Shown: in pieces, positions 37,070 to 46,084 of the stretch | Numbering within the stretch: position 1 is the first letter of the stretch | Layout of the letters: every line of letters starts with the position of its first letter | Assembly: GCA_038214755.1 (NCBI GenBank) | Contig: JBBQRQ010000002.1 | Coordinates: forward strand, 64,001 to 128,000 | Length of the DNA stretch: 64,000 nt | Source: Verrucomicrobiota bacterium | GTDB lineage: Bacteria > Verrucomicrobiota > Verrucomicrobiia > Limisphaerales > CANJXF01 | Direction: 5' to 3' | Notes under the pieces: generated by a model | What the model saw: only the letters and a program-made list of their open reading frames with translations | Databases searched by the model: none | What the model was told of the DNA's origin: nothing | Made by a program: the position numbers and the translations under genes

Positions 37070-37681
37070 TCAACGCTGTGGTTTAACCGAACCGGACGAC
37101 TTACGTCCGGCGAAATTTTTCCAGTCAGGATTGAAATCACGTCCGCGACGTGAGGCCATTTCTCGTCCCACATCGGCAATTTGTTCTTCGTTCAAGACTT
37201 TTGCAGCAAGTGGGAAGATTTCCGTGTCCTCGATTTCGATGTGCCGCACGTAGGTTTGTTGCAGTTTGTTCAAGGTCTCGGTGAGCGCTGCGAGTTCATC
37301 CGGCGAAAGCGAATTCTCTTTCAGCCATTTCTGACCGAGTTGCTCCACAAATTCATGGCCGCGATTAGCAATTTCGTGGTCGGCTTCGAGCGCTTTGATT
37401 TTTTCCAACGCTCCTGAAAGTGAAGCGGGATCAAGCTCGCGCATTCGCGGAAAAAGCGATTCCTCCTCGTCGGCGGTGTGTTTCGGCGCGGCTTCGCGAA
37501 AATAACGGAGCGCCGTTTCCAAGCCTTCGCGTTGCTGTGAATTTAACGCGTCGCCTTGCGCTTGTTCGGCCACGAGAATCAAATCGCGCAAAAAACTCTC
37601 GATGCGACGATGGCAATCCGACAGCAATTCCAGCGGTTGCTGAAAAGTGGGCGAAGGTTTCTGTCCAATTTGAATGGCCAT
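37070..37681 (-). CDS. Hemerythrin-domain protein
   Basis: CHRRIE, HTADEEESLFP, EADH, HIEIEDTEIFP. Confidence 0.9.
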   Translation of the reverse strand: MAIQIGQKPSPTFQQPLELLSDCHRRIESFLRDLILVAEQAQGDALNSQQREGLETALRYFREAAPKHTADEEESLFPRMRELDPASLSGALEKIKALEADHEIANRGHEFVEQLGQKWLKENSLSPDELAALTETLNKLQQTYVRHIEIEDTEIFPLAAKVLNEEQIADVGREMASRRGRDFNPDWKNFAGRKSSGSVKPQR

Positions 37682-37694
37682 ATTTTAGTTTCGA

Positions 37695-38903
37695 TTAATC
37701 TTCCTTTTCCACAGTCAGAACTTTGGGAAGCACATAAACTGACCAGAGCAAAACGCCAGCGATCCAGAGAATTGCGCCGTAAATATAATGCGACTCCGTG
37801 AGCTTCGGCCAGAAGTCGCCGCTCATGCGTGTCGCCATGCCAAAGAGCATCATCCCGATCGCCACGAGCAGCCAGCGATTGCGGCCTTTCAGCAATTCGA
37901 TGTTTCCGCTGTGGCCGAAGACGACGCGCGTCGCCACCACAAATGTAATGATCGCAAATCCGCCGACCAACGTGAGGTGAAGCAGGCTGACGCGATATGC
38001 CGGAAAAAATATAATCGCAAGAAATCCGGCGAGGACGCCGATGAACGCGATGCGAATGCAAATTCCCAAAGCGCTGCCGACATTGGGCGCGCGATGAAAT
38101 GGCATTTCTAAAATTAAATAAATGAGGGTCGCGGCAAAACGAATTGCGCAGGCCGAACGGAGCCAGCCATTGGCTTCCATGCAAAAGGAAACGATGATGA
38201 CCACAGCCGTCGTCAGCGCGAGCAGCGCCTTTTTCCGCCAATCTTTTGTCGGAACGAGCATCTCTGGAAAATCGTGTTGATTCGGCATTCCGAAAAGACG
38301 CGGCAAAATAAACGGGCCGATGCCAAGAATTGGGAAGAGAACAAAACCTTGATACGAAAGCAGTCGTTGCAATGAAATCCAGAACAGGTCGATCTCTCGA
38401 AAATTTTGGATGAGCGAGAGAATTGTTCCCGACAAGACACAAAGAAACGCAACTCCCACCAGCACGAATCCGGGCGGCGGTGTGTCTTCGCGTTTCGTGG
38501 CTCGAACGGCCACACAGATGAAAAAGCCGATAAGCAACGTGAGAAACAAGACATCGCCCCAAAATATTTTTCCGGCAGCCAGCGAGAAAACCATTGCGAG
38601 ATGCAGAGCGAGCAGCGGAAGGATTTCGATGAGGCGAAAGGGATTTGCGGAAAGCATTCGCGGCATGGCCGTACCGAGAAATCCAAAAATGAAGCCACCG
38701 AACAAACCGCCTATCATGATTCGAGCATGAGTCTGGCCGGGATAAAATTGGGTAACGCCCCAGAAATAAAGCGGCCAGAGCGAAACGCCGATAATTCCGG
38801 CGAGAACTGCGGCAGGAAAGAAAATGCGAAATGGTTCTTTGCCGAAATCCTTCAGTGTAATTCGTTGTGAAGTTCTTAAGGGTTGAAAACTCAGCGGATT
38901 CAA
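37695..38903 (-). CDS. nnrS: NnrS-family membrane protein
   Basis: EPFRIFFP, HARIM, GFLGTAMPR, ATRVVFGHSG; TTG start overlaps the upstream stop. Confidence 0.85.
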   Translation of the reverse strand: MNPLSFQPLRTSQRITLKDFGKEPFRIFFPAAVLAGIIGVSLWPLYFWGVTQFYPGQTHARIMIGGLFGGFIFGFLGTAMPRMLSANPFRLIEILPLLALHLAMVFSLAAGKIFWGDVLFLTLLIGFFICVAVRATKREDTPPPGFVLVGVAFLCVLSGTILSLIQNFREIDLFWISLQRLLSYQGFVLFPILGIGPFILPRLFGMPNQHDFPEMLVPTKDWRKKALLALTTAVVIIVSFCMEANGWLRSACAIRFAATLIYLILEMPFHRAPNVGSALGICIRIAFIGVLAGFLAIIFFPAYRVSLLHLTLVGGFAIITFVVATRVVFGHSGNIELLKGRNRWLLVAIGMMLFGMATRMSGDFWPKLTESHYIYGAILWIAGVLLWSVYVLPKVLTVEKED

Positions 38904-39694
38904 TTCGCGACCTTGCTTAAGTTTTTCGCGCAACGAAAACCAAGGTTGTGGACAGTGTAATCCATTTGGAGACTGCTGCGAAAACCGAATCGCATGAACG
39001 CCGGATAATCGCCGCGATCTTTCGCATCTTTTGCGCCGCCGCCGCAGACTGCTTCGGCCATTCCCAGCGCAGTGTAAAAATCTCCCGTCCATTCCCACAC
39101 AAGACCGTGCAAATCCTGTACTCCGAAAATATTTGCGCGATTGCTGCCAACGTTCGGCAACGTGTCGGGTGACGGACTGGAATACCACGCCAGAATTTGT
39201 TTTTGGAAAGCTGCGTCGTTTTTGCCGTCGGCGCGCGTGGGGCTGGCGGCACCAACGTATTCCCATTCGGCGACGGTCGGCAATCGTTTGTTGCGCCATT
39301 GCGCGTAAGCTTTGGCGGCGTAATACGAGACAAATGTCACCGGCGCATTTTTGATTTTCTCATCGAACTGCAAATCCCCTGACCATTGCTTGAGATAAAG
39401 TTCATCGGCGGCGGCGTGGTTGACTTGCGAACGACGCCACTTCGGATTCGCCCGAACAAATTCCAAAAATCCCTCGTTGGTCACCGGGCAAATATCCAAA
39501 TAAAATTCTTCGACGGGAATTTGATTGGTTGCGCTCACTTTGCGGAATGGCGGCGTGTAGATTCCTTGTGGGATAAGTGCCATTCCAATCGGCGACAACG
39601 GCGCGACGGTTTGAGCCATCGGGCAAATCACGCCGCCCAACAAAACGAGCGCAAGAACCAGCCACCCGGTAATTTTCGTTTGCTCACTTTTCAC
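38900..39694 (-). CDS. FGE-sulfatase-domain protein (NirV-like)
   Basis: PVTN, RLPTVAEWEY, DLHGLVWEW, LGFRCA; directly after nirK. Confidence 0.85.
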   Translation of the reverse strand: MKSEQTKITGWLVLALVLLGGVICPMAQTVAPLSPIGMALIPQGIYTPPFRKVSATNQIPVEEFYLDICPVTNEGFLEFVRANPKWRRSQVNHAAADELYLKQWSGDLQFDEKIKNAPVTFVSYYAAKAYAQWRNKRLPTVAEWEYVGAASPTRADGKNDAAFQKQILAWYSSPSPDTLPNVGSNRANIFGVQDLHGLVWEWTGDFYTALGMAEAVCGGGAKDAKDRGDYPAFMRFGFRSSLQMDYTVHNLGFRCAKNLSKVAN

Positions 39695-39702
39695 GATTGA
39701 TT

Positions 39703-41241
39703 TTACTCGAATTGGCTCGAGGCCGATGGCGGAGCGGGCGCTTCGGCGCGAATGACGCGGACTTCATTCGCGTTCACGGCATCGCCGGAATTGCCGAAAC
39801 TGTTGCGCACATAAGTCAGGACATTCGCAATATCGTCATCCGACAGATAATTTAACGGCGTCATAATTCCGTTATATTTTTTCCCATTCACCACGATTTC
39901 GCCGGAGCGTCCTTGCAACACACCGCGAATCGATCCAACTTTGTCCGCCATCAAAGCATCCGATTTCGCCAGCGGTGGAATCTGGTTTGGAATTCCTTCT
40001 CCGTTCAGTTGGTGACAAACAAAACAAGTCTGCATGAAAACGCCTTTGCCTTTTTCCATTTGAATTTCTTTCGTCAGGCTGGCGATTTTCGGATTGCTTT
40101 GAATCTCTTCCTTGCGGGCGGCACGAAGTTCTTCCACTTTTTTCTCAGAACTGGAACCGGTTCCAGCCTGGCGTCCCAGATAAACTGCATCCACTTCTTT
40201 GCCGGAATACGCGAGAAGATTCGGTTCGCCTTCCACTTTTAACATACCGAGCGCGCCTTTGTTGAATGCGCGAAAGATCGAGTGATCCACCAGCACATAA
40301 GTCCCCGGCACTTCGACTTTGAACTCAACGATCGCCGCGCCCCCGGAAGGAATGAGGGTGGTTTGCACATTATGTTGCGACGGAATCATGCCGCCTTCCT
40401 GGTAAACAGTGTCGAAAATTTCGCCGATGACATGGAAGGACGAAACCAGATTTGGCCCGCCGTTGCCCACGAACAACCGGACACGTTCACCGACTTTGGC
40501 CGTGAGAGCGCGCTCGCCCACGAGTGAATTGACCGCGCCGTTGAATACGACATACGAAGGGCGTTCATCAACGGCCTTATTCATATCGAAAATTTGCAAC
40601 CCTTCTTCGCCAAACTTTCCTGCCGTGTAGAACTCGCCTTGCATCACATAATATTCCTTGTCCACCGGCGGAAGCCCTTCTTTCGGTTCGACGAGAATCA
40701 ACCCATACATCCCATTGCCGATGTGCATCCCGACCGGCGCGGTGGCGCAATGATAAACGTAAAGCCCCGCATTGAGCGCTTTGAAAGAGAATTGCGAACT
40801 ATGTCCCGGCGCAGTGAAAGATGACGCCGCGCCGCCGCCCGGCCCCGTCACTGCATGAAGATCAATGTTGTGCGGCATTTTATTGTTCTGATGATTATTC
40901 AAATGGAACTCGACCTGATCGCCTTCGCGAATTCGGATAAAACTTCCCGGCACGTCACCGCCGAACGTCCAGAAAACGTAATCCACCCCGTCGGACAATC
41001 GCTTCATCACCTCAATCACTTCCAGGGTGACGCGAACTTTGGTCGAATGAGAACGCTTGAGCGGTGGCGGAACATGCGGCGCTTGCGTCACCACAGCGAC
41101 TTCCTCACCAGTGACGGAGGGATCAACCGGTTTTGCACTGGCGGAATTTGGCGATTGAGCCGCGACGTCCGCAGCGATGAGTTGAGCGGTCATTGACATC
41201 AGCGTCAGTACGCACGTGAGTCCCAGTTTTTGTTTGTTCAT
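39703..41241 (-). CDS. nirK: Copper nitrite reductase with C-terminal cytochrome c
   Basis: [40 protein letters not shown]-terminal CFVCH. Confidence 0.95.
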   Translation of the reverse strand: MNKQKLGLTCVLTLMSMTAQLIAADVAAQSPNSASAKPVDPSVTGEEVAVVTQAPHVPPPLKRSHSTKVRVTLEVIEVMKRLSDGVDYVFWTFGGDVPGSFIRIREGDQVEFHLNNHQNNKMPHNIDLHAVTGPGGGAASSFTAPGHSSQFSFKALNAGLYVYHCATAPVGMHIGNGMYGLILVEPKEGLPPVDKEYYVMQGEFYTAGKFGEEGLQIFDMNKAVDERPSYVVFNGAVNSLVGERALTAKVGERVRLFVGNGGPNLVSSFHVIGEIFDTVYQEGGMIPSQHNVQTTLIPSGGAAIVEFKVEVPGTYVLVDHSIFRAFNKGALGMLKVEGEPNLLAYSGKEVDAVYLGRQAGTGSSSEKKVEELRAARKEEIQSNPKIASLTKEIQMEKGKGVFMQTCFVCHQLNGEGIPNQIPPLAKSDALMADKVGSIRGVLQGRSGEIVVNGKKYNGIMTPLNYLSDDDIANVLTYVRNSFGNSGDAVNANEVRVIRAEAPAPPSASSQFE

Positions 41242-41555
41242 AGATGTGTGTAGTTCTTCTTCCAGTAATTGTTGGGAATATCGTCACTCTTTGGGGAACG
41301 CCCCAGTGTGACAGCTGTTGCAAATGGCTGGGTTATATCTAAAGCAAAAATCTTATTTCCCACATACGGTGTTATACCCATCACAAATCGCTTAAGCCCA
41401 AACCGCTCTTGGGATAAATTTGGTTTTACCTTCATTAGCATAGAATTTCTTCCAGAACGATGAGCGAAATTTGAAGTAGTCACTAACCGTCCCTTGTTGA
41501 TTCGTGAACATTTCTTGTTAGTTGCCCGAATAAAGCCGACAATCGAGGTCGAATC

Positions 41556-42443
41556 GTGCCGCAAATTCCCAACAAAAAACTCATTGAGCATTTGAGCCGC
41601 TCGAAAATCTATCAGGATTACGAACGCGCTTTCACTGAAGCTACGGGCCTTCCGCTGACCTTGCGTCCCACTGAATTGTGGCAACTCGCGCAGCACCAAA
41701 ACAAAAATCAAAACGAATTTTGCTCATTAATGGCACAGCACAGTCGAACGTGTGCTGCTTGCCTGGATGTCCAACAGCAATTAAGCGAAAACACTGCTGA
41801 AGATTCCAAAACAGTCACCTGTTTCGCCGGATTGTCTGACACCGGTGTTCCGGTTCGCGTCGGCGATCAACTCATTGGTTTCCTCCAGACCGGCCAGATT
41901 CTCCTGAAGAAACCGACGCGTGCCCAATTTGCGCGCACCACAAAACAGCTCCTTGAATGGGGATTGAAAATTGATTTGAACAAACTGGAAGAGGCCTATT
42001 TTCACACCCGGCTTTTAACCCGCAAACAATATGAATCGATGGTGCGTTTGCTGACGATTTTCGGGCAGCACCTCTCGCTGGTGGCCAACCAGATTACCCT
42101 TCAACAGGAAAATTCTGAGACGCCCGCCATTTCTCGCGCAAAAAAATTTATCAACGAACATCAATCAGAAGATCTTTCGCTGGGACAAGTCGCGCAGGCC
42201 GTGAACACGAGCACGTTTTATTTCTGTAAAATATTCAAGAAAGCGACCGGGCTGAATTTTACCGATTACCTCTCACGTCTTCGCATCGAGAAAGCAAAAA
42301 ATCTTCTACTCAATCCGAATTCACGCGTGAGCGAAATCGCGTACGAAGTCGGTTTCCAATCCCTCACCCATTTCAATCGCGTGTTCAAAAAAATCACCGG
42401 CCAATCGCCCACGAAATTTCGCGCGAAGTTATCTTCCAATTGA
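41556..42443 (+). CDS. AraC-family regulator with PocR sensor domain
   Basis: FC..C..C/CFAGL PocR pattern; EIAYEVGFQSLTHFNRVFKK HTH. Confidence 0.9.
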   Translation: MPQIPNKKLIEHLSRSKIYQDYERAFTEATGLPLTLRPTELWQLAQHQNKNQNEFCSLMAQHSRTCAACLDVQQQLSENTAEDSKTVTCFAGLSDTGVPVRVGDQLIGFLQTGQILLKKPTRAQFARTTKQLLEWGLKIDLNKLEEAYFHTRLLTRKQYESMVRLLTIFGQHLSLVANQITLQQENSETPAISRAKKFINEHQSEDLSLGQVAQAVNTSTFYFCKIFKKATGLNFTDYLSRLRIEKAKNLLLNPNSRVSEIAYEVGFQSLTHFNRVFKKITGQSPTKFRAKLSSN

Positions 42444-43024
42444 AGGCTCTGGTGGAAATTTGCATTCTGGCCGGCGGACTCAGTTCGCGCATGGGCCGGA
42501 ATAAATCCCAACTGCGTCTGGGTGGGAAAACTTTACTCGGACACATCCGCAGAACGGCGAAAGCCTTGGATCTTCCGGTGCGCGTGATTCGACGAGATCT
42601 CGTTCCGCGTTGCGGGCCGCTCGGCGGAATTTACACCGCTTTAAAAACGACTCGCGCAGATGTTGTTCTCTTTCTGGCGTGCGATATGCCGCTGGTCAGC
42701 GAACCGCTTTTAAAAAAATTCCTGAAGCGAACGGCGCGAACAAACGCCATTTTCATCTGGAGCAACGGCGCGGCGGGATTTCCATTTCTGCTGAATAAAA
42801 ACACGCTTCCGCTGGTCCAGAAGCTCATGCAAGAAAAACATTTCTCTCTTCAGACATTGGCGAGAGAAACTGGCGCGAAACATTTCCGGGTCAGTCGTGC
42901 CTTCGCCGACGATTTGCTCAACCTGAACACGCCCGCCGATTGGAGCAAACTCCAGAAAACTTTTCGCGAAAAAGAACTGAACTTTGGGAAGGGCAGCTTG
43001 TCAATTGATGACGCGACAGTATGA
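42440..43024 (+). CDS. mobA: Molybdenum cofactor guanylyltransferase
   Basis: ILAGGLSSRMG, GPLGGI, ACDMP, NLNTPAD. Confidence 0.85.
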   Translation: MKALVEICILAGGLSSRMGRNKSQLRLGGKTLLGHIRRTAKALDLPVRVIRRDLVPRCGPLGGIYTALKTTRADVVLFLACDMPLVSEPLLKKFLKRTARTNAIFIWSNGAAGFPFLLNKNTLPLVQKLMQEKHFSLQTLARETGAKHFRVSRAFADDLLNLNTPADWSKLQKTFREKELNFGKGSLSIDDATV

Positions 43025-43031
43025 TTCTCCT

Positions 43032-43994
43032 ATGCGATTCCTGAGTTTATTTTGTCTGATGTTGACCGGATTGCCATTCGCGAACGCAGCGACGGTTCAG
43101 TTAAAAGACAAAGCTTCCGTCACTGGAAAAATTCTCACTGAAAAACGTGATCAGGTGGTCGTTGATATTGGCTACACCGCTCTTGTCATTCCGCGCAATC
43201 AGATCGTAAAAATTTTACAAAACGATGCCGCGCTGGTTGCGACGAAAAGCGACGTGCCTGCGATTCAAGTTCCCCTCGTCCAGATCAAGCAAGGCATGTT
43301 CACCACCTCCACCAAGCCGTTGCCGGAACGCAGTGTGCGGGAGTTAGTGAACCAGCTCGGCGAATCCGTGGTGCAAGTGCGAACTCCCGGCGGACTTGGC
43401 TCGGGATTCATCATCAATGACGAAGGTTTTTTGATTACAAATTTCCACGTGATTGAAGGTGAGACGCAAATTTCCGTTGAGGTTTACCAACAGAAAAATG
43501 GCGAACTGGATCGGAGCAGTTACAAACAAGTGAGAATTATCGCGATCAACAAATTTCAAGATATTGCGCTCTTGAAAATTGAAGACAAAGACGCGCCTAA
43601 GTTTTCCCGTGTTTCGCTGGGCGATTCGGAAGCGCTCTCGGTGGGTGAACGTGTTTTCGCCATCGGCAGCCCACTTGGACTTGAACGCACGGTTACGGAA
43701 GGAATCGTCAGCACCAAGACTCGCCAACTCCAGGGCGATCTCTATTTGCAAACCACGGCGCAGATCAATCCTGGCAACAGCGGCGGACCGCTTTTCAACA
43801 TGCGCGGCGAAGTGATCGGGATCACGAACATGAAAATTACTTTCGGCGAAGGTCTAGGTTTTGCGATTCCAATTGAAGCCGTTAAATTTTTCCTCAACCA
43901 TCGCGACGCCTACGCTTACGACAACGACAATCCGAGCAACCCATTTCGTTATCTCGAACCGCCCAGCCGTTCCAAACAAGGCGTTGAAAAATAA
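43032..43994 (+). CDS. Trypsin-like (S1C) serine protease, no PDZ
   Basis: TNFHV, DIALL, INPGNSGGPL. Confidence 0.9.
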   Translation: MRFLSLFCLMLTGLPFANAATVQLKDKASVTGKILTEKRDQVVVDIGYTALVIPRNQIVKILQNDAALVATKSDVPAIQVPLVQIKQGMFTTSTKPLPERSVRELVNQLGESVVQVRTPGGLGSGFIINDEGFLITNFHVIEGETQISVEVYQQKNGELDRSSYKQVRIIAINKFQDIALLKIEDKDAPKFSRVSLGDSEALSVGERVFAIGSPLGLERTVTEGIVSTKTRQLQGDLYLQTTAQINPGNSGGPLFNMRGEVIGITNMKITFGEGLGFAIPIEAVKFFLNHRDAYAYDNDNPSNPFRYLEPPSRSKQGVEK

Positions 43995-44032
43995 TTCCAG
44001 CGGCGCAATCTCCGATTAACTTTTCCAAAAAC

Positions 44033-45910
44033 ATGAAACATCGCTTTTTATTCACGACGCTCCTTTTTTCTTTTCTCGCCCGCGCAATCGCTGAACTCCC
44101 GCCTGCTGAAAAATTGCTGCCGAACGACACGTTGGTTTTGCTCACGACGCCCGAAGTGACGAAGTTTTGTGACGCTTTCAAAACTTTGCCGCAAAGCCGG
44201 CTTTGGAATGACGTGGCGATGAAACCGTTTCGAGAAAAATTCACGAGCAAATTTAAAGCAGACCTGGTGGTGCCGCTGGAGAAAGAACTCGGCATTAAAT
44301 TTTCCGACTACCAAAATTTGGCTCAGGGGCAATTTACTTTTGCGCTGACGCAAAACGGCTGGCAGGGAAAAACCAATGAATCTCCGGGATGGATATTTCT
44401 CCTCGATACGAAAGACAAAAGCAGCATTTTGAAAACAAACCTGACCAGGCTGAAAGAAAAATGGGTCGAGTCCGGCAAACAAATCAAGGCGGAGAAGATT
44501 CGCGATCTGGAGTTCACCACGTTGATTACTTCGACCGATGTTCTCGCTGATCTGCTGGGAAAAATTTTGCCGAGCGGCACCGGGGAAAGCGATGAGCCAA
44601 AACCTCCTGGTCGGAAATTGGAAATCACCATTGGCCAAAGCGGTTCGCTGCTCCTCGTCGGCAACGCGCTCAACGTGATCGAAAAAGTTTTGGCTCATCA
44701 GAGCGGCGGTCTCGCGCCCTCGTTGGCGGAGGAAGCGGCCTACGCGGCGAATCACAATTCCATGTTGCGCGATGCCCCTTTTTATTTCTGGGTAAACGTG
44801 AAGCCGCTCGTGGAAATTTTTACCCGGCAGGCGGCCAACAAACCTTCCGATAATCCGCTGGCGCCCAAGCCGGAGAAACTGGTGGCCTCGACCGGCATTG
44901 GCAACTTGAAAACGATTGCGTTCAGTTATCGCATCGCGGACGCCGGAACAGCCATGCAACTTTCTCTCGGCGTTCCTGAAGCCAATCGCCAGGGCCTTTT
45001 TAAAATGCTGGTCGCGGAATCGAAGGAGGCCAGTCCGCCCACTTTTGTTCCGGCGGACGCGACGAAGTTTATTCGCTGGCGGCTCAACCTGCCAAAGGCG
45101 TGGACGGGCCTGGAGGAAATGCTGACGGATATTTCTCCCGCCGTCGGGGGCGCGTTCAAGTTGATTTTTGAATCCGCCGGAAAAGACAAGGACCCGAATT
45201 ACGATTTAAAGAAAGAGTTGCTCGCCAATCTCGGTGATGACCTGATCAATTATGAAAGGAAATCGGCTGCGGGAGCGCTGACGGATTTAGCTTCGCCGCC
45301 CTCGATTTACCTTCTGGGTTCGGCAACTCCCGACAAACTCGCCAGCGCTTTCAAAGTGGGAATGACGCTGCTTTCTCCGACGCCATTGGAGGAACGGGAA
45401 TTTCTCGGCCGAAAAATTTATAAGATGCCGCCCTCGCCGCTTTTGTCGAATGATCCAAAAAAGCCCGGTCGCAATTTGAATTTTTCTGCGAGTGGCGGCT
45501 ATCTGGCTTTCTCCAGCGACGTGGCCATGCTCGAAGAATTTTTGCGCAGCAGCGATACGAAAGCAAAGGCACTCTCCGAAATTACCGGCTTCAAAGAGGC
45601 GGCTGAAAAAGTGGGCGGAACGGGGGCAGGTTTGTTCGGTTATCACAATCGAACGGAAGAAATGCGCGCGACCTTCACGGCCTTAAAAAATCAATCGGTC
45701 ACGTTGGCTGATTTGCTAAAAAATCCCGCCATCGCCGCCAAGACTCCCGCCGAGGTGAAAAAGATTAACGAATGGGCCGATTTTTCGCTGCTGCCCTCTT
45801 ACGACAACGTTTCAAAATATTTCTATTATTCCGTTTACGGCGGCGCTTTTAACGCCAATGGATTTACGATGAAGTTTTTCTATCCCACGCCACCGCAATT
45901 GAAGAAGTAA
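44033..45910 (+). CDS. Secreted hypothetical protein
   Basis: Signal peptide, 625-aa ORF. Confidence 0.75.
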   Translation: MKHRFLFTTLLFSFLARAIAELPPAEKLLPNDTLVLLTTPEVTKFCDAFKTLPQSRLWNDVAMKPFREKFTSKFKADLVVPLEKELGIKFSDYQNLAQGQFTFALTQNGWQGKTNESPGWIFLLDTKDKSSILKTNLTRLKEKWVESGKQIKAEKIRDLEFTTLITSTDVLADLLGKILPSGTGESDEPKPPGRKLEITIGQSGSLLLVGNALNVIEKVLAHQSGGLAPSLAEEAAYAANHNSMLRDAPFYFWVNVKPLVEIFTRQAANKPSDNPLAPKPEKLVASTGIGNLKTIAFSYRIADAGTAMQLSLGVPEANRQGLFKMLVAESKEASPPTFVPADATKFIRWRLNLPKAWTGLEEMLTDISPAVGGAFKLIFESAGKDKDPNYDLKKELLANLGDDLINYERKSAAGALTDLASPPSIYLLGSATPDKLASAFKVGMTLLSPTPLEEREFLGRKIYKMPPSPLLSNDPKKPGRNLNFSASGGYLAFSSDVAMLEEFLRSSDTKAKALSEITGFKEAAEKVGGTGAGLFGYHNRTEEMRATFTALKNQSVTLADLLKNPAIAAKTPAEVKKINEWADFSLLPSYDNVSKYFYYSVYGGAFNANGFTMKFFYPTPPQLKK

Positions 45911-45920
45911 TTTTCCGCGC

Positions 45921-46079
45921 AGGGTAGCATCTGCCTCCGGCGGGTGCGACCTGAATTCGAGGTTCGATGTTGGATGTTCGATGTTGGATGTTCGATGTTA
46001 ATTGTTTTCTAAACATCGAACACTGAACATCCAACATCGAATTGGTAAATCCGCACCTGCCGGAGGCAGATGCTATCCT
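45921..46079. repeat. GTAG-type inverted repeat enclosing a heptamer hairpin
   Basis: GGGTAGCATCTGCCTCCGGCGGGTGCG / CGCACCTGCCGGAGGCAGATGCTATCC around (TTCGATG/TTGGATG)n. Confidence 0.8.
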
Positions 46080-46084
46080 TCGTT

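Noticed and set aside
38904..39299. N-terminal extension of the 534-aa NnrS ORF
   Set aside because: Overlaps the NirV-like gene in another frame; the TTG start at 38903 is more plausible.
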